Shown: positions 1-13,500 of the stretch, piece by piece
How the letters are laid out: each line of letters begins with the position of its first letter
Position numbering within the stretch: position 1 is the stretch's first letter
Origin: Hydrolagus colliei
Lineage: Eukaryota
DNA: 64,000 nucleotides
Assembly: GCA_035084275.1 (NCBI GenBank)
Contig: CM068759.1
Span: 4,092,001 to 4,156,000, forward strand
Direction of reading: 5' to 3'
The notes under the pieces: generated by a model
Told to the model about the DNA's origin: nothing
Database searches by the model: none
The model's input: only the letters and a program-made list of their open reading frames with translations
Program-made: the position numbers and the translations under genes

Positions 1-1299
1 TATACTTTTGGGCCAATCACACCCATCTATCACAGTACAAAGAACCTATTATAGAATGGATTAGCTAAGAGCTGGACTAAACCCAAACCCATGGAGAGAT
101 GTCTTCACAGATTAAAGGTAAATCTAAAAATCACCTACATGCCCAAAGGCAATAATGATGAATTAGCTCAAAGATCACTAGATTTGGGGCACTTTCTCCA
201 TTCCCATTGCTTCACCACGGATCAATTTCAGAAGTAGTGTATTTAACATTCACACAAAACACTACTGGAGCAGAACACCACTAATAGTGAGTGAAAGTAT
301 ATGCACACACCTTGACCTGGTTCCACTCAGTGAGAGCAGTAAATACTGCAACCTCCGCGCCCCCCTCCCCACCCCACCACCACCCCCCCTCCACCCCCCC
401 ACCTTATCCCCAGCAACAGGTTAAAGAAGCAAAAGTGATCTTAAAGGTGAAAAGGTGACCAAATGTAATTTATTTTCCACACCTCATTTTAATTGTCTTT
501 AATCTTGATCAAATTTACATTCACTTACATTTACAAGCAAATGGGCTTTTGGCTCAGTGTCTTACTCAAAAGATCTCACAGTTTTGACTCCTTGGATCGA
601 ATATAAGATTACTGACTGTTCTGAATATAGATCTTAGATCAAAGAGCTGTCTTAAACTTACAGTTAGACATCAATTACTGTAATGGAGTTGATATACTGG
701 AATGTAGAATGTAATTTTGATTTAAAATAGTAAAACTTATGCACACATACTCAAACATGGTGATTTATATCTTGATTTATATATTTTGCCCACAAAACAC
801 AGTTAACCCACGTTACAGTACTGTATAACCTGTAAAGAACTTTGAGATGTCTCAACTACGTGATAAACCATTAATTAAATGCAAGAATGAAGATTGTTTT
901 TTTAAATTGTTCTGTAATACAAAACCTTGCAGCTACAGTGGCCAATCACATCCAGATTTACAATCAGATTATTTAGCACAGAAGTTCATGTATATTATAC
1001 CCTAATTATGTATACCTGGATTTGTTTTCCTTCAGCAAGTGGAGAGAATTTGTATAGATCTCCTTCCACCTTTCACTGTAAATAGGGCTGTCTTCAAACC
1101 AAACTATTCAATCACCTGCCTAGTTCTTAGCAAGAGTTCTCGAAAGGGTGAATCTCCAAATTCAGAAGTTTCCTTAGGTAATCATAATAATATTCATTGC
1201 ATTTGATACAGCGCTGTCCACAATCCAAGTTTGGTCGACCTGATGCAACCATTTCCAGCAAACTTCTAATCTCTAATCCGACAAATTAATGTATGGTCT

Positions 1300-1628
1300 G
1301 GAGAACTGTAGCTCAGTGGTTTGACCACAAGCAAGAGACTTGGGTTCAGTTCCAGTCAGGGCGAAACCTTGGGCAAGTTTCCTTACTCTGCACGCCCAAC
1401 AATAATAATCCCTCAAAAAAAGAACAATAATAATTTTATCATTTCAATCCATGACTGTTTGTGGGGACGCTGCTGTGCGCAATTGGCTGCCGCGTTTCAC
1501 CCGCAAATATACAGTCAATTCACTTTTGTAGTATATTCTGTGAAGCGCTTTGAGGTGTCTAGAAGATGTGAAAAAGCTCTATCTATATCAAGTGCAAAGA
1601 CGATGATGATGATGCTTATTATTATTAT
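1300..1628 (+). mobile_element. tRNA-derived DeuSINE-type SINE, family A (near full length)
   Basis: A-box TAGCTCAGTGG, B-box-like GGTTCAGTTCC, Deu-like core GCTGTGCGCAATTGGCTGCCGCGTTTC, LINE-like tail ending in (TTA/GAT)n. Confidence 0.85.
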
Positions 1629-3824
1629 GTCAATGTACTTTATTATTCTGACAATCTGTATTTAGAATACCTAAAGGCATTACACCAGACGAGTGTTGGA
1701 GCCATACTGTCTGCAGCAGAAATATGTATGCATAGGGCTAGGTTGGATAGAAGTTGGACACATGCAACTGCGAAGCTCTGAGTCAGAACAATACAGCTAT
1801 CTGACTCAGACTTTAAGCTCGCCAATTATGTACACGAATCCCACCGAGACCGCTCCCATTTGATATTTACTTCTTCCACATAAGTTGAATTCTGAATAGG
1901 TTCTTCTCAGCGCCTTGGGATGTCCTCCCGACGTGAAAGGCGCTCGCTACGCATGTAATTTTGTTGTTGTTTCTACATTCGATTATTTCAAGCTCCGCGT
2001 GTGTGTGTTTGTGTATCTCTCTTTCACACGTGTTCGTTCTGCTAGAAAACACTATATTGCTAATAGAGATGTTGGACAGTCGAGGATTTGAACCTGAATT
2101 GGAGGTTGGGATCAGAGGGGGCGTTCGGAGGGCAAAGCAATATGGGTCTTCACTCATTGAAATTGTTGCCTAACCAGGAAAAATACATTTTGTGTATATT
2201 ATTTCCATTTTATTTATGCAGGATTCAGTTTTGGCACCACGCAAACAGAAGAGAGGAAGAAATGTTTCAGCTAAATTAATGCAATGAATCCTTTGAGGAA
2301 TGCAGTCCTCCTCAACTGAACAAAACAAATAGGATTACATGCTTTTGTCACAAATTCCAAGAATACTTGGAATGACCCCATTATGCACCAAAATACCTCT
2401 TCGTCTTTACAACAGATAATGTTTTATTGCATATGAAAAAAAGCTCAGGTGGAACAAACAACAAGAGCAACGTGTGGACCACAAAGGATAGGATCCCTGA
2501 AACATTCGTCTTAATTGCTTTCCTTTCTAGACACCTCCCTGCTTTTACAAACATCATGTTGGTGATCGACAAGCCAAACAATTAAACTGCTTTCAATCGT
2601 GTTCTTAACCAGCTACAAGCAAAAAGATGTCTTGTCTTCCAGTCTGTGGAAAAGCGTATTATTTGTACTTTGGACTCTGGAATAGCTGCTGTTTATCATC
2701 TCCAGTTTACTATATGTATTTTATATTACATCTCTGCAGCTCCCAATGACAAAATACTGTTTGATATTGGAACAGTATTACTGTTGCAGCAGTAGTAAAA
2801 GAAAAAAACACCTGCTGTACTCAATACAATGGGATACAGATACACTGCCCCACCACCTGAACAGAACACTTTCTGTACTGAATTGTTAATGTAGCTTTGA
2901 TGGAAATTGTTGAACTATGTCAAGTGATCATAGAAAATAAAATCACTCTGCAATGGGCAAAATATTCACAGTTGATCTCCTTTAGCTGTTTGCTGACACA
3001 ACACGCATGCAATAGAAAACCACGAACAAATACAATATGTTCCAATGATGTATACGTGAGGAAATTAAACAACATATTTGTTGTTTACTTCAGATCAGAC
3101 AGCTCCGATGCATGCAATCGTTTGAACAGAATAAGCGTAGTATGGTCATAGTCTCACGTGAAGGACGCATCGGTCCTTCTCAACAACTACGCATTTTGTG
3201 TGTGAAGGAGGAAATTAGTCCTTCCTCTCTCTTACTAAATTAATCTTTCAGTCCTTTAAAGTAGCGAGATGCGATGCATCCTGATCCGCTGCTGATGTCA
3301 TCACAACTTTTGCTGTGCATTCTAACCACCATCAAACATGCACACGCGTAAAGGCCTTTGAAATTGAACGGTGGAGCACATTTGATAGCTGCCAAACAAC
3401 ATCATTGCAGGATGTCTCATTTGCATGTGGTTTGACTCGTATCAGCTAATTTCACTGTCAGTTTTCAACCTCAAAGTCAAGAAGATCTTATTTTTCCTCT
3501 CTTCCCATCTGCAAACCACCCCCCAACCCCCCCGCCCCACAACCCCATACCCCGTACATCCCACTTCAATGAAGCTTGAAGTTGGGTCTCTTTCTTAAAA
3601 GTATTTTGAGAGTCACAAACAGAATGTGTTGACATGTCACATTGCAGTGAGTGGGTATTTATCCTCGAGCCGGAGCTGCCATGGCCTTGCTCATGGTTTC
3701 CGTGGTAAACCTTCCTGTGTGAATCTGAGCCTCAGACACAAATGGCACTTTCATGAGCAGTTGCAGCTTAAACAAGGCGACTTTCTGAAATAATTCTTCA
3801 CCGAGAAAAACCATTCATGAATGT

Positions 3825-4139
3825 AATAACAATAATAATAATCCTTGCACTTGATATCGCGCTTTTCACATCTTATCAACGTCTCAAAGCGCTTCACAGA
3901 ATATACTGTAAAGAGCGTTGAGTATATTTGTGGGCGAAATGCAGCAGCCAATTGCGCACAGCAGTGTCCCACACACAGTCGTGGATTGAAATGACCAATT
4001 TTATTTTTTGTGGATGGATTATTATTAGCCGTGTGGCGTAAGAAAACTTGCCCAAGGTTTCGCTCTGATCTGCCTGGAATCGAACACAGGTCTCACGCTT
4101 GTAAGGCGAGTGCTCTAACCACTGAGCTACAGGAGCTCC
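3825..4139 (-). mobile_element. SINE family A, full length
   Basis: Reverse complement of the same head/core/tail. Intact A box (TAGCTCAGTGG) and B box (GTTCGATTCC). Confidence 0.88.
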
Positions 4140-4289
4140 AATGTAACAATCAATCTCAGTGCCTCACAGCACGAGACCTAGCAGAGAATACACACTGTGC
4201 TGCATCTTTTAATATGTGTTCAATTTAATTGGTTTAAAAAACGATTTAAAGTGAATGAGAGTTTAAACAATCATGCTTTAGCACCATCA

Positions 4290-5010
4290 GGGTATCCAGA
4301 GCGCCGGCAACCACACACTTTTGTAAGCACGGTCGATGAGGAAGATTTTCAGGTGGGGCTTGAAAAGGGGGGAGGAAATGGAGTTGGTTGGTTGAGCAGG
4401 ACTCGAACCATGCGAGTGCAGTCCCACTACGATGGATGAGGGAGGAGAGGTGGTGTGGAGGAGGATGGCATGGTCGATTGTGTCAAACACGACAGAGAGG
4501 GAGGTCTGAGGTCAAGCCCTCTGAGATGCCAGCTTGTCTGGAAGGTGCTACATAAATGCAAGTTGTTGTTGTTGTTGTTGTTGTTATCCAGGAGATCCTT
4601 GATCAAGATCAAGAATACAGGATATGACCTAATTGACCAATTCACCTCATTTGTACTATATAGGGACGGATCTCAGTAAGCCACTTATTTCATAACAATC
4701 ATTTCCTGCTGCACACGTCAGAAAAGTTTACATTGCACAGCCTGTGATTCCATGCCTGGTGTAGATCATGCTAACAAACTTTCCAAGCCTCCCATTCACA
4801 GGATTTTATGGTGTCTGTACCAGATGTGAACATCTGAAATCTAGTTTGGGTGTGGATCCCTGACTGTTCAGCCTCTTGGGACATCGTCCTGACTTGAAAA
4901 GCTCTACACAAATATGATATTGTTGTTGTTGTTTTGGATTAACTGGATTTGTGGAACTGGGGCGAGCGGTAAGGGGGACATTTGAGTAGTCAAGGCAGGA
5001 GGTGACAAAC
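4290..5010 (-). mobile_element. Scattered L2 LINE fragments
   Basis: Minus-strand FDTIDHAILL (about 4460-4490) and FVTSCLDYSN (about 4980-5010); plus-strand L2-type tail ending (GTT)n at 4515-4585. Confidence 0.65.
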
Positions 5011-5979
5011 ACCACCTGAGAATGGCATAATACACCCAAGTTAAGACTGGGTGTATTCTTTTGTCTGAGCATATTTAAACAGCTTTGCTGTGTAGTAACT
5101 TGTGCTGGACTCATCACGGATTAATTCTCAGTTTAGGTGTTTCACAACATCTGATGTCTTTTTAAGTGAAGATATTTTCTCTGGACTACAAGAGTTTAGG
5201 GGCACCCACGAACCCATCGTTCTCCACACTATAAATTGAGGGGGAAAAAAGCACAAGATTTTCAACTTAATAGTAATTGCAGACATGCTTAGAACTGAAG
5301 TGTCTCTAATTCTCTTACATATAAACGTCACTGAAAGATTTCAGTTTAATACCACTAACAAATAAGTGTCCATCCTAGTTTGCCTACAATTTTAATTAAC
5401 TGACTTCTTATTGTATACTGATGCTGGGGGAGAAGCAAAGCTGTTTTTATTACTGGTGCAGTTAATATATGGTTCAATTTATCCACCTGCAATCCGCCTT
5501 GAGACGAAGGTAGACATTTCCCCAGAGAAATAACAATATTTCAGTTATTTCGCTTAATAAAACCACTCTACAGCCATTTGCGGTTTCAATAAACGATTCA
5601 AAACAGGGATTAATAACTGATGCTGGGTTCATACGAAGGCCTGAGCTATTTTTTTCACTGGAGACCGAATGGAATTGTACGCAAGCAAATGCTGCCAAGC
5701 CAAAAAGACTAAGATTGGCTTTGCAGTGCAACTCAAACTGCTGTAAAATTCCATGATCTAGTTTGATTTCCTTTCTGCCATCGTGAGTAAGCAACAGTAT
5801 CTGAACTGAAATCCCCCCCCCCACCCCCATTCATGCTGAATATCATTCCTAGGCTTGGAGCCAGCTCCCAACTGACGTCACAATGCACACATCAGGAACA
5901 CAATGTACTGGAAACAATCAAAGAAAAGGCTATGTTAAAGAAGGAAGGAATCAGTAAAAGTGACAGGATATATAAAAAT

Positions 5980-6312
5980 AGTAATAATAATAATCCTTTC
6001 ATTTGATATAGCGCTTTTCACGTCTTCTAGACGTCCCAAAGCGCTTCTTTGAGGTAATAGTGAATTCACTTTGCAGTAAAGTGAATTCACTGTATTTCGT
6101 GGGAGAAATGCGGCAGCCAATCGCGCACAGCAGCGTCCCCACAAACAGTCATGGATTTAAATGACCAATTTATTATTAGTTTATTTTTTTCGAGGGATTA
6201 TTATCAGGCATGTGGAGTAAGGAAATTTGCCCAAGGTTTTGTCCTGCCTGGAATAGAACCCAGGTCTCTCATTTGCAAGGCAAGTGCTCCAACCACCAAG
6301 CTACAGGACTCC
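5980..6312 (-). mobile_element. SINE family A, full length
   Basis: Same consensus; (AAT)n tail at the left, tRNA-like head at the right. Confidence 0.88.
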
Positions 6313-7984
6313 ACATACTATACAAGTACTGTAGATTATGTAGATTAAATCACAATACAGGAATAATTTGGATGAGCAATACGAAAGCCAGGCTTCTAAT
6401 GACAAATGAAGATAACTGAACAAGAATTTATTCCAACTCTGTAGGATGTTTTTAAATGCAGAGAAACATTTCAAACTTTTTCTTAAAATACGCTGGTATA
6501 ACCTAGAAACATAACACTGTATTTCATTTGATGTTGATAAACAGCTGCATAGCTCATAAAACAAAAAGCTCTTCTTTTCCCGCAGACATATTATTCCCTG
6601 GGCGCTAAATAGGGCTGGAGAAAAAGTAAAAATATTTTCCTTTATGACTTGATTATTATTCTACACGGTAATGGTGGGGGAAGAGGAGGAGGGAGAAGCA
6701 TTACACCTTATCTGCCTGTACAATTTTACTTGTTGGTATGTTGGTAGTAGTTTTATGTAGTTTAGACAAATGTATTAAATGATCCAAGGTTAATTAGTGA
6801 CTGTTGTCATGGCATTGTCTTCCTATTCGACTGCTTCTGACCGCAAACTACAATCCTGTCTGCCGTACATGTCAACCGCACCCCGAGCGGGAACACAGGT
6901 TTATACAGTTAGCTGCCTCATCACTTAATTAGAGCCAATCAGTCAAAACTGAAGCTATGACCTGGACAATGCTGAGTCAGTGAGCAAGGAAAATCCAAGG
7001 TTACGCCAGTTCGCAGACAGAAACTTTTATTTCATTATTCATATCTGCACAAAGAAAGCTGAGGATAATGCCCAATCTAGAAGCTTAATAATTAACTGGT
7101 CCTTATTTATCTTGTGAGTTTACTTTGCAGTGAGTAACCTTGAAAAGGGGGTGGTGGGGGGGTAGAAAAAAGCCTTAAAGGGATATTACAAAGGAGTTTT
7201 ACCTAACAAACTTATTTCGTGTCTAAACAGTATCAGAGATACTGTGCTATCATTGCAGCTTCGCTGCTATTATTTTCGCTGATACTTGTTTTATATTCCT
7301 AACCCTGAACTCCGCAAATATAGCGTGAAACACAAAGCGGTTCTACGTTGTGGAACTCTGGGACAGAAGCTGATTGAATTCCCTTGCTGGACAGTCAGGA
7401 AAAAATTGTTGTATATTATAAGTCATCTCCAGAGAATGGATTGACTCTGGAGACAAACTGGTGTGAAGGTGATATCAGTCAATACCAATTTGACTTAGTC
7501 CCCAAATTGGCCCTTTAAAAATGGACAATTCCTTTAGCCTTGGCTTTAATGTGGAGGGAGATGGGTTAAAAGGAACGCTAGAGAAACTTATTTTAAAACC
7601 TTAGGTACAAGATAGATCCTGATCTACATCTGAAGAAATGGCCTGGCCTCAACCACCTTCTGGGGTTATGCATTCAAGTGGTCCTTGTGACTCTCTGTAA
7701 ATAAATATTTCTAGGCATTTGTTTTAAACATTCTACAGAACTCTGAACCAATATAGTCTTGCGTCTATTACTTTTTCTATCCTCACAACTATTTTCTACC
7801 TCTGTAAGGCCCTCTCTTTCCAACTTAAGAGCCCTAGCTCATCTTTTTATTCTTCAAACTGTGGGTATCAGTCCCTTTTCTCCTTCGCACTTCCTATAAC
7901 TGCCTCTTGAAAGTAAAGAAATCAGGAATCAGTAGAAGTAATATAATAAATAATAATCCTTGTATCTGCCATAGCTATATCAAG

Positions 7985-8158
7985 CAAGGAATATTATTAT
8001 TATAACGCTTTGCATGTCTTCTAGACGTCTCAAAGAGCTTCACAGAATATACTGTAAAGTGAATTGACTGTATATATGTGGGCGAAACGCAGCAGCCAAT
8101 TGTGCACAGCAGTGTCCCACAAACAGTCATGAATTGAGTGACCAAATTATTATTATTC
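7985..8158 (-). mobile_element. SINE family A, 3' half
   Basis: ttctagacgtctcaaagagcttcacagaatatactgtaaagtgaattgac...gcagccaattgtgcacagcag. Confidence 0.85.
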
Positions 8159-8610
8159 AATGTGGAGAACTGTAAAGTACTTCACATAGGGACAAAATAT
8201 CTTGCAAGGGAATGTTATTCGAACAGGAGGAAAATACAGTAATATGTATGGAAAATGAAAAGGATCTGGGGGTCCTGACAATAAATTGAAGCTCCCCCAA
8301 CAATGCTCTGTGGCAAAGCAAACCAGATTTTGGGACGTATCAAATGATCAATAGCAAGCCAAAATAGTGGGGTAATCCTGCCACTGTATAAATCATCGGT
8401 AAGACCATACTTAAAGTACTGTGTACAGTTCTGTTTGCCGCAGGTACATAAAAGGATAGTGGAGACATTAAGATGTAGAGCAGGGAAACCAATGTGATTG
8501 AGAGAATGGAAGGACTGGACTATGAGGAGAGACTAAGTAAATTGGGCATGTTCACCCTGGAAAAGAGAATATTGAGAGGCAACATGATTGCTGTCTTTAA
8601 GATTCTAAAG
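8156..8610 (+). mobile_element. Decayed CR1 LINE ORF2 3' fragment
   Basis: Decayed FNVENCKVLHIG, EKDLGV, ILPLYKSxVRPYLKYCVQF, YEERLSKLGMFTLEKR: typical CR1 RT C-terminal motifs with stops and frameshifts. Confidence 0.85.
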
Positions 8611-8637
8611 AAATGTCTAAATCTATATAAATGTAAG

Positions 8638-8668
<31 letters not shown>

Positions 8669-9149
8669 ATCTGCTCCAGTAATATAACTGCTACTGGCTT
8701 TGTATTTTCTGGTCAACATCGCCACCTGGAGGAGTTTTGTGTTCAAGGAACAGATGCTTGTAAATTAGAAAAAATTAAGAGAGCACAAAACCTCAACATG
8801 TTTTCCTTCTTTGCTCTCTCTTCACCCCCCCTATTGATTGAATGAAATTACTGCAGAAAGTGAAATGCCGGGTGTTATATAGACTTTTCATAATGTTTCG
8901 TCCACAAAGTATACATCCAATCTACTTAACAGTACATTCCGTGAATCGCTTTGTAGACGTCTCAACAACATGATAAAACGCTGCAGCAAATGCAATGATT
9001 AGAATTATTTATTAGATTTCTCCAGTTAGAAGATTATCGAGTACAGATTAATGCAATTATATTTTGGTTTAAAACGCAACTTGTGTACCGTAAATATATG
9101 TTTTCTTGAAAATGTCCTCGTGCAAGGAAAAATGCTCCTAAATTATTTA

Positions 9150-9295
9150 AAGCCGCGCACAATCGGCTGCCGCATTTCACCCACAAATATACAGTCAATT
9201 CACTTTCCAGGATATTCTGTGAAGCGCTTTGAGACATCTAGAAGGTATGAAAAGCGCCATATCAAATGAAAGGCTTATTCGTGTTTATTATTATA
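9150..9295 (+). mobile_element. SINE family A, 3' fragment
   Basis: gcgcacaatcggctgccgcatttcacccacaaatatacagtcaattcac...gaaaagcgccatatcaaatg. Confidence 0.8.
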
Positions 9296-10199
9296 AGTTT
9301 TGTGACAGCCAAAAATGATTCAACTTCACATTTCAGCATTCAATAGTTATTCAAAAATGATTCCATTCAGTTTTGCATTGCAAAACAGAAGTATTTCAAG
9401 TGAATAATGTCCAGCTCAACCGTCACAAATAATTAAAAATACATAAAATACATAAAAGTGTACATCCAAATTAAACAAAAAGTTGTAGACTGCCTTGTGG
9501 ACATTTTTTTTTACTCAGTATTAGTCATAAAATAGATATACCTAGATCTGTAAACTGTGATAACAGAAACTCCAATCCACTGTAAATGACATTGACCTGG
9601 TAATGTGCAACAGCAGCCTCTTAATGGTTGTGTTGCCATGTTGTGCTATTTTTCTTGTTCTTTCATGTACCTGTATTTAACCAACTTTCCCAACGAATAT
9701 ATTTTTTATACTGACATTGAATCATTCTGACAGGAGCACTACTGATAAATGAAAGTGTCAGGTTCTTCCTGCTTCCAAGAAAGCACTTAGCTAATTACAT
9801 TATAAACGCAACTGAATCACATTATACCATCGCCACGGATTTAATGAACCATGTCAGGAGATTGAGTTTTACTACATTATTTATTTGCCAAACTGAATGA
9901 TACAGTACTGGTAACCCAATAATTTGCAAGAAATGTGAGAATTAACGTTTTAAAATAAATATATATTTCTATCGGCTAATAATCCTTTCCCTCAATTGCT
10001 ATCTTTGCGGAAAATGCAAAACATAGATTTGCCTCCCTTAGTCCTGCTTGTGAAAGAGAACTTGAGTTTTACTAAAAAGCTTTCTGTATTGTTATTTTCT
10101 GGTCTTTTTAAAGGCCCGTCTGCCAATGGTGTGGCGGGCGAGGCAGGGGACATGAAGCAGATCCGATGTTCAGAGGGAGTGGGCAGGATGGTTGGAGGG

Positions 10200-10510
10200 A
10201 TCAGTGCCTTGGGACGTCCGCCTGATGTGAAAGGTGCTTTATAAATGCAATCTTGTTGTTGTGGTTGTTAGGAGGTTGCAGAGACAAGGGGGAGCAAGCC
10301 CGTGGTGGGTTTTGAAGGTGATGACCAAGATCTTGAACTGTATCCTCTGTGTAACGGGAAGCCAGTGGAGTCAGGTGAGGATGGGGGTGATAGGGTTGCG
10401 GAGTCTGGTGTGGGATAGGGCAACGGCTGTAGAGTTCTGGATGATCTGCAGCATGTGGAGGGAGGAGTTGGGGAGGCCAACAAGCAGGCAGTTTGCGAAG
10501 TTAAGCCTGA
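10200..10510 (-). mobile_element. L2 LINE fragments (plus-strand tail 10200-10265 abutting a minus-strand ORF2 piece)
   Basis: Minus strand reads LQIIQNSTA...PITPILT*LHWLPVTQRIQFKILVITFK, the classic L2 LHWLP motif. Confidence 0.8.
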
Positions 10511-13500
10511 ATGTTGCGGATGAGTGTTGCAATTGGCTACCTTTTGCTTTTAGATGTTGATTGACCTGCTGTTCATTTTTATAATGTTTTATTTCAAGAT
10601 TTCCAGCATCATTTCTTAAATTTTCTTGACCTTATGGCTGTTTTTGTTGTTGTTTTCTTTTTAAAAAGCCAAGAACAGGGGGGAGAATCACGAATATCCC
10701 ACCAGATGGCAGTATGAGCACAAATTGAATTTGAAGGAACATTCATGAAGGCAATGATGCAATTCAACTCTTAATAAATGAAGTATTTTATTTCCCAGCT
10801 GTTTCTTTCTGGATTCCACTTTGGCTATTGCAGCTCTCCTTTACTAGTCTGCCTGAGAATGTGTGTGTACCAATGGGAACATTCAACAAAGTTTGTGATA
10901 AGGGGTAGTGTCAGAGTGGTTTTAATTGGTTAGGCTCCAGCAAATACCCCTACACATATTCTGGGTTCCTCAAGCCTTTGCTCTTACCAACCTGCTCCTA
11001 ACACTTTTTTGGGGGAATTAGGTAAGCAAGATGTGTCCTCCAGGGAGGGAGTGCACATTCCACTTCAGCAATCTATCTCTGGGATTTCCATGTGAGGGTG
11101 GGATGCATGGAAATTTCAGCTTGCTTTGGATTCATTAAGCATAGTGATGGGTTTTCACATGTGTCAGACACCCAGCTCAGCAAAAGAAAATCTTTTGAAA
11201 GATAAAGCAGCAGTATTAATTGCTTAAGACATACTATTGATCTCCCTGTTCCACCTAAGTGATTTTCACACTGACTGTCTAAATGGACTGTGAAATCATC
11301 TCTACAAATCAATACTCCCAAATTAATTCAATTGTTATGGTGCAGAATCAATGTCTGACACTATTGACCAAGGTTGGCTAAAGAGTAGAAATTGTTCTTC
11401 AGCGTTTTAAATAACAAATAATTATTGCTAATAGTACTTTTTTTTGTAAAAAAAAATTATTGGTTGAAATCCGTCACAAATTGCTGTTGAAGCAGACTCC
11501 ATCAATTATATTGAAAGAGAATTGAATAGGAATGAAAAGCAGGCCTGTTTCAAGACCTTCCTGAATTAGGTAAGCAGAGTTTGTACCTCTGGGGAATGAT
11601 GTGCACTCTTTGCCAAACAAAAGAGAAATTTCCATGTCTAGATGGAATGTGTATATGGCATTGTCAGTCAGGTTTTGCTTTTCTTAAGCATGGGGTTCCA
11701 TACATATCAGAAACACATCTGACCCAAATAAATTGCATCAATGTAGGAATGTTTTTATTATTGAAATGACAACATTCTGTATACAGTATCACTTTCAGAA
11801 CTGCAGCCCATGTACCTGATTGAAAGTGTACCTATGGAAAGATCTAAAAATATTATTGACCAGCAGCCAAGGCAGACATTTCACGAGTGAACTTGCACAT
11901 CTCAAAACATTATGTTTTAAGAAACAGCTGAGTGTATGTTATAATACATTGCATGGTGATTTCAGTATATGTTTTAAGCACTTTCAAGTGTGAAACAATC
12001 CAATCTATATAGACTTTTTCGAAATCTTCTAAATCTAGAAGTTGCTCTGGAAATATATCAAGCAGATCATATTTTCCATACAACGGAATTTACCAACACT
12101 GTATAATATGTAAGGAAGCAAAATACAGATTTTTGTTATACTGCAGTAAAATACATATTTAACGTTCCTCTGTGAATATGCTGTCAATGACGCAGTTATC
12201 AGAAGAAAATACCTGAAGGCAATATGAAACAATTTAAATATGACTGACACATTGACAGAGTATTTCATTGAGCAGTGAAATGTGTGTTTTGTTAAGTGCA
12301 AATATATTTTTCGAATAACAAGTTTGCAATGTTTGCTGCGCTGTGAAGAAAAAACCCAGAGGCTACAGCTCTTGTTACTACTCCAAGGTGTGCTTCTATA
12401 CCTTCTAGCAACTGGCTATACAGTGTCACTGTGACGATTTGGTGAAAGGTTACCCATCTCACATTCTTAGCTGTGGAACAAAGAAAGAGACGCAAAAAGT
12501 AACGAGAAAAGCTAATTATCTTGAAAATTAGAACATTTTTATTAGGGGCTGTTCAACTTTGAGCATGTCATTGCGATGTCTCGTAGAATCAATTAACCGT
12601 ACATTTTGAGTGGGCGTAAACGCAAATTTACAAACAACAACAACAAAAAAATTATTTATTTTAAAAAAAAGGAAAACCACATCTGCCTTTTGGGCAACGC
12701 TGGCACTTTGGTGGAAAAAAAATAATTTAACCGCTCCAAACACAGGAAGGATAAGAGAATAGTTAAGTTACCGGCACATCTCTTCCAAGAAGTAGAAGAA
12801 GAGAGAGAGAAAAAAAATTCCACCGGCAGCCAACAAGTGATCATGAAACCAAACCCCAGTCCCAGGAACCCAGTCCCCAACAGACATGTCCATCACAGAC
12901 ATGCCCATCATGTCTATCACAGGCTGCCCATAGCAACACATAGCAACAGCACAGGCCCCACCCCCTCACTCTGTATCTCCACCTCACGAGTCAAGTCATT
13001 TCCCTGGCTAGAAACCATCATGATTACGAGATGATGTTATACCTGATTATAGATATATACTTTTATATATATATATAAAAACAGAGTAAACCTGTGGTTA
13101 AGGATCTGAAGTCCATCTCCACCTGTCTCCTCCTCCTCAGGGCTGAGCATGCCGGGTAACCGCCGTCCCGTCCCCCCGGGTAACACCCGCCGTTGACTAC
13201 AACTCCCAGCAGCCTTTGCTGCAGCACCCTACCCCCCCCCGCAACTCCCACTCTCCCGTCCCATAATCCGCAACGCATGCCGGGATCTGTAGTCCGCACT
13301 GCGCCGAGTTAAGGGAAGGGGAGACGACGCGAATACTACAACTCCCGACATGCTTCGCGCCGAAGAGCGGGCGGTGGGTTTCTCCCCCCTCCCGCTTCTC
13401 GCGTGATACGATTGGCCAGACGGCCTGTCAATCAGCTGGAAAAAGGGTTGGGGGGGTGGGGATGATGAGGAGGAGGAGGGAGGGAGGGAGGGATGGAGGA

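Noticed and set aside
4060-4139. tRNA-like sequences (also at about 1300, 6250-6312, 45700-45765, 49671, 63360-63420)
   Set aside because: They have A/B boxes but no acceptor stem, and they are fused to the SINE body: SINE heads, not tRNA genes.
6970-6980. Perfect TGCTGAGTCA (Maf/NRF2-type) site
   Set aside because: A single 10-mer 6.8 kb upstream with no other support; not evidence of function by itself.
7175-7520. TTAA|AGGG ... CCCT|TTAA, suggestive of a TTAA-target (Kolobok-like) element
   Set aside because: The inverted match is only about 4 bp beyond the TTAA, which cannot be distinguished from chance.
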